A DNA stretch of 48,340 bases from Vicinamibacterales bacterium (GTDB lineage: Bacteria > Acidobacteriota > Vicinamibacteria > Vicinamibacterales > CAVVIG01). The number at the start of each line of letters is the position of its first letter. The first letter of the stretch is position 1. The translations under genes and the position numbers were made by a program. The stretch lies in NCBI GenBank assembly GCA_040081675.1, contig JBEBGB010000003.1, positions 1 through 48,340 on the forward strand, given 5' to 3'. The notes below the pieces were generated by a model that was given only the letters and a program-made list of their open reading frames with translations, had not been told where the DNA came from and did not search any database. Shown here in pieces: positions 35,235 through 43,367 of the stretch.

Positions 35235-38185
35235 TGCTGGTTGTATAGGGCCCGAGTTCGGCCCGGAAATATAGGCATCGCAGTATTTTTTCGCCGCCCG
35301 CGGGGCGTTGGTGCCTTCGTCGGCAGAGCGGCAGCCCGGCCGGTGGCCTGACCGACAAGCGTAAATGGTGCCCAGTGATAGGGATGCGGGAATCGAGCGC
35401 GCAGGGAGCGCATCGCCGTCTGCACGGCCACGCCCGTTGGCTGACCCTGGGCGAGGTTGGCGTAGAAGGCGGCCATGAACTCTGCGGTGCTCAAGTCGTC
35501 CACCTGCCACATCGTCAGCAGGAGTGAGCGTGCGCCCGCGTAGAGGAACCCGCGCATCAACCCGACCAATTCGTCGCCGCCCATGACCGCGCTCAGGCCG
35601 GTACCGCAGCCGCTGAGCGTGACCAGATCGGCATCGAGCGTCAGACCGTAGGTGTCAGCGAGTGAGAGATCCCCATCGGCCAGTCGAATGGACGACAGCA
35701 TCGGATTGTCCCGCCGGAAGTACCCGTGGGTTGCGATGTGCACGTAGCGCGACACCGCACCGAGCTCACGCAGACACGCCCGGGTCGCCATCGTCCCGGT
35801 GCGGAGGGTTGGCGCCGGAAGGCACTGCGCCACCTGCGTCGCCTCGTCGCCGATATGCGGGGCGAAGCCATCCGCAAGCGCGAGTACCAGGCTGTCGTGG
35901 TGAGGCGACGGCGGCCTGATCTGGCACAAACGGAACACGCTGGCGCTCGGCGCGTACGAGATGGCGTACGCGTCGATCAACGCGCCACCTGCGTCCTCCA
36001 GCGCGTGAAACGGCAGATAGTGCAGCACTCCGTGCGGCACGACCACCAGGTGCTCTGCACGCAACAAGGGGCGAACTGGCGCAACGAGCTGATCGTAGAG
36101 CTCGCGCAGATGTCGTCGTGTGGCCGCCGACAGGACTGACGCGAAGGTTCGCACGTAGTCTGGCCCGAGCTGGAATTTCGCCAGCTGGAATCGGAGCAGT
36201 TGGAGGGTTCGCGTCACCTGCGTGGTGGTGGCCGCCAGTGGTGACACGCGAACCAGGTCGGGGCCGACCACGCACGCGTAGATCTGGTCGCGTGCGACGA
36301 AGAACTCGAGGAGCATCGTGTCTGGCGGCAGCGCATCCTGGATGTCGGCAAGGCTCGCCGATGTTCCGGTGTGCAGCGATGCCAGGCCTCCGTCGGATTC
36401 GCCAAGGCGGCTCAGCGCCGCCGAAAGCTGCCGCTCGCGGCCGTCGGCCGCTGCCCTCATCTGCCGCAGGCGCTCGTCGTCGAGCGAGGACTGCATCACG
36501 GCCTGCGCCATTCGACGCTGGCACGCGTGCAGCTGCTGCCTGAGCGGGCCGACCAGATCGGGCGTGTGCGTGCCAGCAGCGCGTGGCGTCAGCTCCGAGG
36601 CGCGGAACGCCAGCAACTCGACCAGGCCGCGCGATTTCGCGTCCTCGATGAGACGGAATGTCTCGGCTTCTCTACGCGAGCTGTCATGGCGACCGATAGC
36701 CAGACGAATCAGCCCCTCGTAGACAGCCAGCTTGTCGCCGAGGAATGGCGCCTTCAGATCCTCGGCCGCAATCTGTGCACGCAGCCGCTCGAGCGCCTGC
36801 CTGGCTCGGGTCAACGAGGCTTCGGCCGCGCTCGTGTCGCCGCGCGCCTCGGCCACTTCCCCGCACACGAGGTCCACCTGCCAGGCGAGTGACGATACTC
36901 GAACCTGGGCCAGCGCGGCCTCGGCGGCTCGGGCGCCGCGCGCCGCCTCTCGCAGGTCGCCTCGTCGAAGGGCGATCCGGGTTCGCAACACCTGCCATCG
37001 CACGCGAGTCGAGGGGGACATCGGTCGACGTTCCGCGCCTGCCATCAGTCGACGCGCTTGAGCATCGCGTCCCAGCTGAGAGCAGACGATGGCCCGACCG
37101 AGGTCCACGGTTGCGAGCCAGGGCTGGTTGCGGTCGGCCTGATAGAGCGCCCGCGCTCGAGCGAAGGTCGCCAGCGCCGCCACACCGTCGCCGTGTCTGG
37201 CCAGGGCGGTGGCCAGAAAGACGAGTGACTTCGCCCGCTCGTACCGCAGGCCCAAGGCGGTGAATCCTCTGGCCGCCGCTTCGGCGAGACGACGTGCCCC
37301 AGGTAGATCGTTCAACTCGAGGCAGACCTCGGCTTCGTCCATGTCGCACAACGCGCGGTGATATCGATCGCCGAGTTCCTCGCTCCGGGCACGCGCCACG
37401 GCGTAGGCCGTCAGCGCCTGTGTGTATCGACCGCACAGGAAATGCAGGTAGGCAATGTTGTAGTCGGCGGCCGCCACCAGCATCGTGAGCGCATGTGTCT
37501 CGCTGAACATGCGAACCTTGGCGTACGCCTCGAGCGCGTCGTCGAAGGCATTGAGACTGGTCAAGCACACGGCGATGTTGCGCATCGCCTCGGCCGCGTC
37601 CTGGTGCTGATCGTGGGCTCGAAGTGCCGACTCGGCGCGCCGGTAGCAGGCGAGCGCCTGCTTGAATCGATCCTGCCTGAAATGAAGGTTGCCGACGTTG
37701 CTCTCGAGACGCGCGAGGCGGAGGTCGTCGTCTCGTCGACGAAAGATCGCGCGCGCGCGCCTCGCCCAGCGTTCGGCCTTGTCGTAGCGCCCCAGGTGCA
37801 CCAGCGTGTGAATGGCGCCACTGTAGGTGATGGCCTTCTGCAGTCGGTCGCCCTCAGCGTCGAACTGGGCGATCGCGTCGGTGTAGCGGGCGAGCGCCAG
37901 ACGAAAGCGAGAGCCGAGGGCGAGGCCGTGCCCCTCGGCCCGAAGTGCACGACCTCGGGCAAGCCGATCGCGCGAACGGTCCGCGAGCAAGCGCGCTGTT
38001 CCGGCCAGGCGCTGCCCGCGCCCCAAATCGATCCGCGACTGCCTCGGCACGTCGTCGGCGAGCGCGATCGCCCATTGTGCGGCGTCACGTGTGTGAACGG
38101 TGCGAGCCCACGCTGTCGCCGCGGCCGCGTTCGCCCGCGACAGCCGATCGAGCAGCCGTCGCGACGGCATCGCCGCAACCGCCAT
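35231..38185 (-). CDS. TPR-CHAT caspase-like cysteine protease
   Basis: Long TPR array; EDAKSRGL, VVPHGVLHYLPFHAL, YAPSAS, catalytic HIATHG and LSGCGTG, WQVDD, HPYHWAPF. Confidence 0.93.
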   Translation of the reverse strand: MAVAAMPSRRLLDRLSRANAAAATAWARTVHTRDAAQWAIALADDVPRQSRIDLGRGQRLAGTARLLADRSRDRLARGRALRAEGHGLALGSRFRLALARYTDAIAQFDAEGDRLQKAITYSGAIHTLVHLGRYDKAERWARRARAIFRRRDDDLRLARLESNVGNLHFRQDRFKQALACYRRAESALRAHDQHQDAAEAMRNIAVCLTSLNAFDDALEAYAKVRMFSETHALTMLVAAADYNIAYLHFLCGRYTQALTAYAVARARSEELGDRYHRALCDMDEAEVCLELNDLPGARRLAEAAARGFTALGLRYERAKSLVFLATALARHGDGVAALATFARARALYQADRNQPWLATVDLGRAIVCSQLGRDAQARRLMAGAERRPMSPSTRVRWQVLRTRIALRRGDLREAARGARAAEAALAQVRVSSLAWQVDLVCGEVAEARGDTSAAEASLTRARQALERLRAQIAAEDLKAPFLGDKLAVYEGLIRLAIGRHDSSRREAETFRLIEDAKSRGLVELLAFRASELTPRAAGTHTPDLVGPLRQQLHACQRRMAQAVMQSSLDDERLRQMRAAADGRERQLSAALSRLGESDGGLASLHTGTSASLADIQDALPPDTMLLEFFVARDQIYACVVGPDLVRVSPLAATTTQVTRTLQLLRFQLAKFQLGPDYVRTFASVLSAATRRHLRELYDQLVAPVRPLLRAEHLVVVPHGVLHYLPFHALEDAGGALIDAYAISYAPSASVFRLCQIRPPSPHHDSLVLALADGFAPHIGDEATQVAQCLPAPTLRTGTMATRACLRELGAVSRYVHIATHGYFRRDNPMLSSIRLADGDLSLADTYGLTLDADLVTLSGCGTGLSAVMGGDELVGLMRGFLYAGARSLLLTMWQVDDLSTAEFMAAFYANLAQGQPTGVAVQTAMRSLRARFPHPYHWAPFTLVGQATGRAAALPTKAPTPRGRRKNTAMPIFPGRTRALYNQQ
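35236..35288 (-). promoter_or_regulatory. Candidate ECF-sigma promoter, copy 2 (anti-sigma/S8), inside the CHAT 3' end
   Basis: AAAT-N9-CCTATATTTCC-N13-GCCCTATACAACCAGC followed by A-ATG of the anti-sigma gene. Confidence 0.75.
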
Positions 38186-38829
38186 CAGATCCCTCGCGCT
38201 TTCAGCGCCGATTCGAGCTTCTTGAGACAGCGACCGCGAATGAATCCGATTGAGCCGACGGCCAGGCCGAGGCGGGCGGCAACTTCGGTGTAGGGCACCG
38301 GTTCCTCGGTGAAGAACAACATCCGTACGAGCTCCTGACAGCGTCCGGGCAGGTCAGCGACAGCATCATGGACTGACTGGTCGCGCTGCGCCTCCTCGAT
38401 GATCCGGGCGGCGTTCGGGTCGTCATCGACAACGGCGTCCCCGACGGATTCAGCTCCGACCCACCCAACCTCGCGCTTCGCACGCTGCTTCGCCTTGAGC
38501 GACTTGTGCTGCGCCACGCTCACGAGCCAACCCTTGAGCGCTTCCGGTTTGCGCAGCTTTGGCAGTTCGGTGACGAGCTCGACGCAGACCGCCTGGAAGA
38601 TGTCGCCCGCGCCGTCGTGCGTGGCACCGTACTTCAGGGGAATGGAATAGATCAGGCGTTTGTACCGGTTGACGATGAGAGCCCACGCCGCTTCGTCGCC
38701 TTGGAGGCACCGGCGCACGAGCACCGCATCGGGCACCTCGGCCGGCGACGCCTCCGCGCGCAGCGGCGCCACCGGCTCGGTGGTGGCCATCGGCGGCCCG
38801 GTTCGGCGCATCTGCTCACTGGGCATCAC
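38185..38829 (-). CDS. ECF RNA polymerase sigma-70 factor
   Basis: Region 2 LVRRC..GDEAAW..IV.RY..LIY, DIFQ, LKGWL; region 4 LPGRCQELV, YTEVAARLG..VGSIGFIRGRCL; TGATG overlap with CHAT; start could be ATG 38826 or 38790. Confidence 0.93.
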   Translation of the reverse strand: MMPSEQMRRTGPPMATTEPVAPLRAEASPAEVPDAVLVRRCLQGDEAAWALIVNRYKRLIYSIPLKYGATHDGAGDIFQAVCVELVTELPKLRKPEALKGWLVSVAQHKSLKAKQRAKREVGWVGAESVGDAVVDDDPNAARIIEEAQRDQSVHDAVADLPGRCQELVRMLFFTEEPVPYTEVAARLGLAVGSIGFIRGRCLKKLESALKARGI

Positions 38830-38833
38830 TCCA

Positions 38834-38898
38834 CAGCGTGGCGAAGCGCAGAGCGCGGCGTGTCAAGCGAATGTCAGGAAGATGTCAAGAAAGTGTCA
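38834..38898 (-). promoter_or_regulatory. Four 11-bp-period TGACA direct repeats plus CACGCTG element upstream of ECF sigma
   Basis: Plus-strand TGTCA at 38861, 38872, 38883, 38894; CAGCGTG at 38834-38840, 20 nt away. Confidence 0.75.
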
Positions 38899-38960
38899 AA
38901 AAGGCGGCGACACTCTCTCGACCATTCATCGCGAATCTGAACGAACGCTCGGCCTGCGCA

Positions 38961-39626
38961 TCAAGATCGCCGATTTTCGAGGCGGCATCCATTACTCGCA
39001 GCATCGCGTTCGCGACGTCGACGGGATTTTCGCTGCTGTCGCAACACGAGCAATCCAAGTCCTGCGCCAACAAGCGCCGCACCCGCAAGAATCCCGACAG
39101 CTGCATACGTGACTGGTCCCGGTGGCGGCGACACGCTGCGCCGTGCGGCGTCGGTGGCAGCCCTTCGTCGTGCCAATTCCAGATTCAGGCTCTCCTCACC
39201 TTGCCGCATCGCCCAAAGATGGTTCGCCTCGAGCAGCGGTCGCATGAGCGGCGCAAGCGCCTGGAGCAGCGGCTTCTCCGCACGAATTCGCCAGTCGAAC
39301 TGGGCGTTCACAAACTCGTCGTCTTGCGTGATCGTCCACACTCCGCGTCCAACGAAGTCTCCGAACGCCTGGATGGCAAACCCGTCGGGATAGCGGCTCT
39401 CGGTGACCACGAAGTCCCAGAGCAGCGTGTAGGGCAACCATCCTTTGGTGCGCAGGCGCACGCGTTGGTTGAGTCCGCGCTCGTCTGGCGGCGTCACCTC
39501 CTCGACCGACAGATACACCGCCGGCCACCACCGCGAGAGGTCCAGTGGATCGCGCAGCACATCGGCTACTTCGCCGTTCGTGCCGCGGACTCTCCACGAC
39601 GTGATGAAGTGATAGTCGTTCGACAT
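38961..39626 (-). CDS. SRPBCC/polyketide-cyclase-like protein with C-terminal membrane anchor
   Basis: YHFITSWRV, RWWP.VY, GWLPYTL, GDFVGRGVW, ANH.WAMRQGE; C-terminal hydrophobic helix. Confidence 0.82.
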   Translation of the reverse strand: MSNDYHFITSWRVRGTNGEVADVLRDPLDLSRWWPAVYLSVEEVTPPDERGLNQRVRLRTKGWLPYTLLWDFVVTESRYPDGFAIQAFGDFVGRGVWTITQDDEFVNAQFDWRIRAEKPLLQALAPLMRPLLEANHLWAMRQGEESLNLELARRRAATDAARRSVSPPPGPVTYAAVGILAGAALVGAGLGLLVLRQQRKSRRRRERDAASNGCRLENRRS

Positions 39627-39631
39627 GGACG

Positions 39632-41044
39632 TCAGAGGCGCTGAATCTTGAGATAGTTTGCGTCGGTGCGCCCGAGGTCATGACTGACACTGACCAATAC
39701 GACAACGGCGCCAGCCTGGACGAGACCGCGCGACACCAACTGCTGACCAATGAGTTCGCCCGCCGCGCTCACGTCTTCGCCAATGTCGGTGCACACGGGA
39801 ACCACGCCCCAGTAGGGCGAGAGACGTCTCGCCAGGTCGTCGCGATCGGTCGTGGCGATAACCGGTACGTGTGGACGCAGCGCGGACAAGTGCCTTGCAG
39901 TGCTGCCGCCGCGAGTGACGGCAACGATGGCTTGCGCGTTCCCCTGCTCGGCCAGCGTGACCGCTGCCTCGCACAGGGCCTGCGCATGGTTGTCGTCACC
40001 GGACCTTCGTCGGAAGATCGGCCGCTCGCTCATCAATCCAGCCTCGGCTTCCCGAATGATGGCGTCCAGCGTCAGAACGACGCGGGCCGGGTGGGCGCCG
40101 GCAGCCGTTTCGCCGGAGAGCATGATGGCATCGACGCCGTCCTCCACGGCGTTGGCGGCGTCGCTGACCTCGGCGCGGGTCGGACGGCCTTCGACCGTCA
40201 TCGACTCCAGCACCTGCGTGGCCAGAATCACAGGTACGCGTCGCGAGCGCGCACGCCGGGTAATGGTCTTCTGCGCTCGTGGGACTTGCTGCAACGGCAT
40301 CTCGAGACCGAGGTCTCCGCGCGCAATCATGACCATGTCGACACACTCGAGGATCTCGTTGATGTGATCGAGCGCCAGCGGTCGCTCGATCTTGGCCACG
40401 ATCGGGACGTCGCCGCCGTTGTCTGACACAAGCTGCCGAGCCCGATGAATGTCGTCGGCGCCTTGCACGAAGCTGAGCGCCACCAGATCGACGCCGAGCG
40501 ACAACCCGAACTGCAGGTCGTCCACGTCCTTCAACGTGATGGCCGACGCTGCGAGCGGTACGCCAGGCGCATTGATACCCTTGTGCTCGCCGAGCAGGCC
40601 CCCTTCAATCACCGTCGTACGAATCGAGAGTCCGTCGGAGTCGATCACCCGCAGCTCGATTGTGCCGTCCGACAGCAGGAGGTGATCGCCGGGGTGCACG
40701 CCGTGGGCAAGACCGGCGAAGGAAGTGGAAACGACACCAGCTTTGCCAAGCGCGTCGCCAGTCACAATGCGCAGTTCACTTCCGGCGTCGAGTCGAATGG
40801 GCCTTCCACCCTCGAGCAGACCGGTGCGAATCTTCGGACCACCAAGATCCTGAAGAATGGCCACGGCCCGACCGGCGCGTTCGGCGGCGCTTCTCACGCG
40901 CGCGAACGTCGCAGCATGTGTGTCGTGCGTGCCATGCGAGAAATTGAGGCGGACGATGTCAGTGCCAGCCGCGATGAGCGCGTCCAGCATCTCGTCGGTG
41001 TCGGACGCAGGTCCCACTGTCGCGATGATCTTCGTCTGCCGCAT
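39632..41044 (-). CDS. pyk: Pyruvate kinase
   Basis: TKIIATVGPAS, RLNFSHG, DLGGPKIR, AKIE, MIARGDLG, ATQVLESM, PTRAEVSD.ANA, MLSGETA. Confidence 0.97.
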   Translation of the reverse strand: MRQTKIIATVGPASDTDEMLDALIAAGTDIVRLNFSHGTHDTHAATFARVRSAAERAGRAVAILQDLGGPKIRTGLLEGGRPIRLDAGSELRIVTGDALGKAGVVSTSFAGLAHGVHPGDHLLLSDGTIELRVIDSDGLSIRTTVIEGGLLGEHKGINAPGVPLAASAITLKDVDDLQFGLSLGVDLVALSFVQGADDIHRARQLVSDNGGDVPIVAKIERPLALDHINEILECVDMVMIARGDLGLEMPLQQVPRAQKTITRRARSRRVPVILATQVLESMTVEGRPTRAEVSDAANAVEDGVDAIMLSGETAAGAHPARVVLTLDAIIREAEAGLMSERPIFRRRSGDDNHAQALCEAAVTLAEQGNAQAIVAVTRGGSTARHLSALRPHVPVIATTDRDDLARRLSPYWGVVPVCTDIGEDVSAAGELIGQQLVSRGLVQAGAVVVLVSVSHDLGRTDANYLKIQRL

Positions 41045-41059
41045 GTAGAATCCTTCATT

Positions 41060-41707
41060 ATGGGCCAGATCGTTCCGGACCTCGTCGAGCGATACCTGAG
41101 CGGATTGAACCACGCAGCAGATGACGTGCTCGCAGAGATCGCGCGCGACGGCGAACAACAAGACCTGCCGCTGGTGGACGCCGAGGTTGGTGCACTGCTC
41201 CGCGTGCTCGCCACGGCCATCGGCGCGACGCGGATCTTGGAGATCGGCACCTGCATCGGCTACTCGGGCATCTGGCTCGCCGGCGCGCTTCCGAAAGACG
41301 GAATGCTGTTTACCCTGGAGATGAACGAAGAGCGCGCGAACATCGCAAAAACGAACTTCGCGAAGGCGGGTCTCAGCGATCGCGTCAGCGTCCTGGTTGG
41401 CGATGCTCAACTCAAGATCGTCAAACTCGCTGGTCCATTTGATCTCATCTTTCAGGACGGCGCAAAGCCGCTCTACAACACGCTGCTCGAGCCGCTCGTC
41501 GCGCGTCTTCGACCGGGCGGGTTGCTTGTGACTGACAACGTCTTGTGGGACGGCAAGGTCGTGCCCGGATACTTGCCAACTGCGGCCACAGACGAGGACA
41601 CGAGGGCGATAGCCACGTACAACGAACGCATCAATGCGCATCCCCAACTGCTGACGGCGACGGTACCGATGCGAGACGGTGTCTCGATTTCAGTGAAGAG
41701 AAGCTGA
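41060..41707 (+). CDS. Class I SAM-dependent O-methyltransferase (Methyltransf_3)
   Basis: ILEIGTCIGYS, FDLIFQDG.K, LRPGGLLVTDNVLW, RDGV. Confidence 0.92.
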   Translation: MGQIVPDLVERYLSGLNHAADDVLAEIARDGEQQDLPLVDAEVGALLRVLATAIGATRILEIGTCIGYSGIWLAGALPKDGMLFTLEMNEERANIAKTNFAKAGLSDRVSVLVGDAQLKIVKLAGPFDLIFQDGAKPLYNTLLEPLVARLRPGGLLVTDNVLWDGKVVPGYLPTAATDEDTRAIATYNERINAHPQLLTATVPMRDGVSISVKRS

Positions 41708-41862
41708 TGAGCGTCGAAGAGTGGTTGAAAGCCGCGATTGCAGACGCTGCGCGCCGCGGTCTTCCCGAACTGAAGCCGCTTCTCGAAGGGCTGGCTCAGG
41801 CAACGACAGCCCTGCGTGCGGCGCGTTTCGGTGGACAGGCCAATGGTCCCACTGACAATTGA
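41707..41862 (+). CDS. Small helical protein (51 aa) coupled to the amidase
   Basis: TGATG overlap with the methyltransferase, overlaps amidase start; MSVEEWLKAAIADAARRGLPELKPLLEGLA. Confidence 0.65.
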   Translation: MSVEEWLKAAIADAARRGLPELKPLLEGLAQATTALRAARFGGQANGPTDN

Positions 41863-43183
41863 CACCTTCGCACGCCAGCTCCGTGCGGGCGAGACGAGTT
41901 CCAGCCAGGCGGTCGAAGACTGCCTGCGCCGAATCGATGCCGACAACCCGAGACTGAACGCGTTCATTCAAATCCTTGCCGAGGACGCACGACGGCAAGC
42001 AGCTGAGGCCGATCGCGAGTTGGCAAGTGGCATCGACCGCGGACCACTGCACGGCGTCCCTGTGTCGGTGAAAGACGTGTTCGACATCGCGGGCACGGTG
42101 ACGACAGCCGCTTCGCGGGTGCGCGAAAGCATCGTGGCAAGCCGCGACGCACTCGCGGTCACGCGCCTTCGCCGTGCCGGCGCGGTCATTGTCGGCAAGA
42201 CCAACTTGCACGAGTTCGCGTTCGGCACGACCAACGAAGACTCTGCATTCGGTCCGGCCAGAAATCCCATCGACGACACACGCTCTCCGGGAGGATCGAG
42301 CGGAGGCTCGGCCGCAAGCGTCGTGGCTGGCATGGCACTGGCCACTGTCGGAACAGACACGGGCGGTTCGATTCGCATTCCTGCCGCGGCGTGCGGTCTT
42401 GTCGGGCTCAAGCCCGGCTACGACGAGCTCCCGGCAGACGGCGTGGTCCCTCTGTCGCGAACACTCGATCACGTTGGTCCGCTGACCGCGACGGTCAGCG
42501 ACGGGTGGCACATGCTGCACGCGCTGCGTGACCGTGCACCAGCGAAGCCCCTCTCTGTGACGCCAGTTCGGTCATTGACGTTGGGAGTGCCGCGCCAGTA
42601 CTTCTGTGATGTGCTAGACGAGGATGTCAGGCGCGCGTTCGAGACGGCGCTCGGACGGCTTCGTGGGGAAGGTGCAACGATCACAGCGGTCGACATTCCA
42701 CATGCGTCGCTCATCGCGCCAATCTATCTGCACATCGTGTTTGGAGACGCAGCTGCCTACCACGGCGATGCGCTCGACACGATGCCGGACAAATACACGC
42801 CGAACGTGCGCCTTCGCCTCGAAATGGCGCGCTACGTCACGGCTGAGGACTACGTGCGGGCGCTCGATGGACGGCGGGTACTCCGTCGCGAGGTGGACTC
42901 ATGCCTCTCAGGCGTCGACGCGCTGGTGCTGCCGACGCTGCCAATCGTGGCACCACCAATTGGCGCCGGCACGGTGCAGGTTGGCGAACGACACGAGCCC
43001 GTACGCAACCTGATGCTGCGACTGACGCAGTTGTTCAATCTGACTGGGCACCCGGCTATCACGTTGCCGTGCGGAGCGTCCGCGTCGGGACTGCCGTGTG
43101 GTCTGCAACTCGTGGGGGTGACCGGTCAGACAGACAACCTGCTGCACGTGGCCGCTGGCGTCGAGCTGTCGCTTCGCTGGTGA
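41843..43183 (+). CDS. Amidase signature family enzyme (GatA/AtzE-like)
   Basis: GPLHGVPVSVKD, GKTNLHEFA, PGGSSGGSA, GTDTGGSIRIPA, FNLTGHPA. Confidence 0.94.
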   Translation: MVPLTIDTFARQLRAGETSSSQAVEDCLRRIDADNPRLNAFIQILAEDARRQAAEADRELASGIDRGPLHGVPVSVKDVFDIAGTVTTAASRVRESIVASRDALAVTRLRRAGAVIVGKTNLHEFAFGTTNEDSAFGPARNPIDDTRSPGGSSGGSAASVVAGMALATVGTDTGGSIRIPAAACGLVGLKPGYDELPADGVVPLSRTLDHVGPLTATVSDGWHMLHALRDRAPAKPLSVTPVRSLTLGVPRQYFCDVLDEDVRRAFETALGRLRGEGATITAVDIPHASLIAPIYLHIVFGDAAAYHGDALDTMPDKYTPNVRLRLEMARYVTAEDYVRALDGRRVLRREVDSCLSGVDALVLPTLPIVAPPIGAGTVQVGERHEPVRNLMLRLTQLFNLTGHPAITLPCGASASGLPCGLQLVGVTGQTDNLLHVAAGVELSLRW

Positions 43184-43367
43184 CAGAGAACCGTTCTGAA
43201 TCAAGTCTGCGACAGACGGGCAGTGTCACCTCGAGCGAGCAGTCCATCAGACGATCTCTGACAGATTGTGGTGGCCCGACCAGATTCCTGGGCATTTTTG
43301 CCGCTCCATCAACGGCATCCGCGTTGCAGGGCCCCACCGAGTCATTCGCCGCTACGGACACCCATTC

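Noticed and set aside
35231-38829. Type III-E CRISPR (Craspase) accessory locus
   Set aside because: CHAT and sigma are present, but there are no cas genes or repeat-spacer array in the window; used only as a mechanistic analogy
38861-38899. TTGACA copies as plain sigma70 -35 boxes
   Set aside because: No consensus -10 at 16-18 nt; four copies at an 11-bp period, repeated at a second promoter, fit a regulator array better
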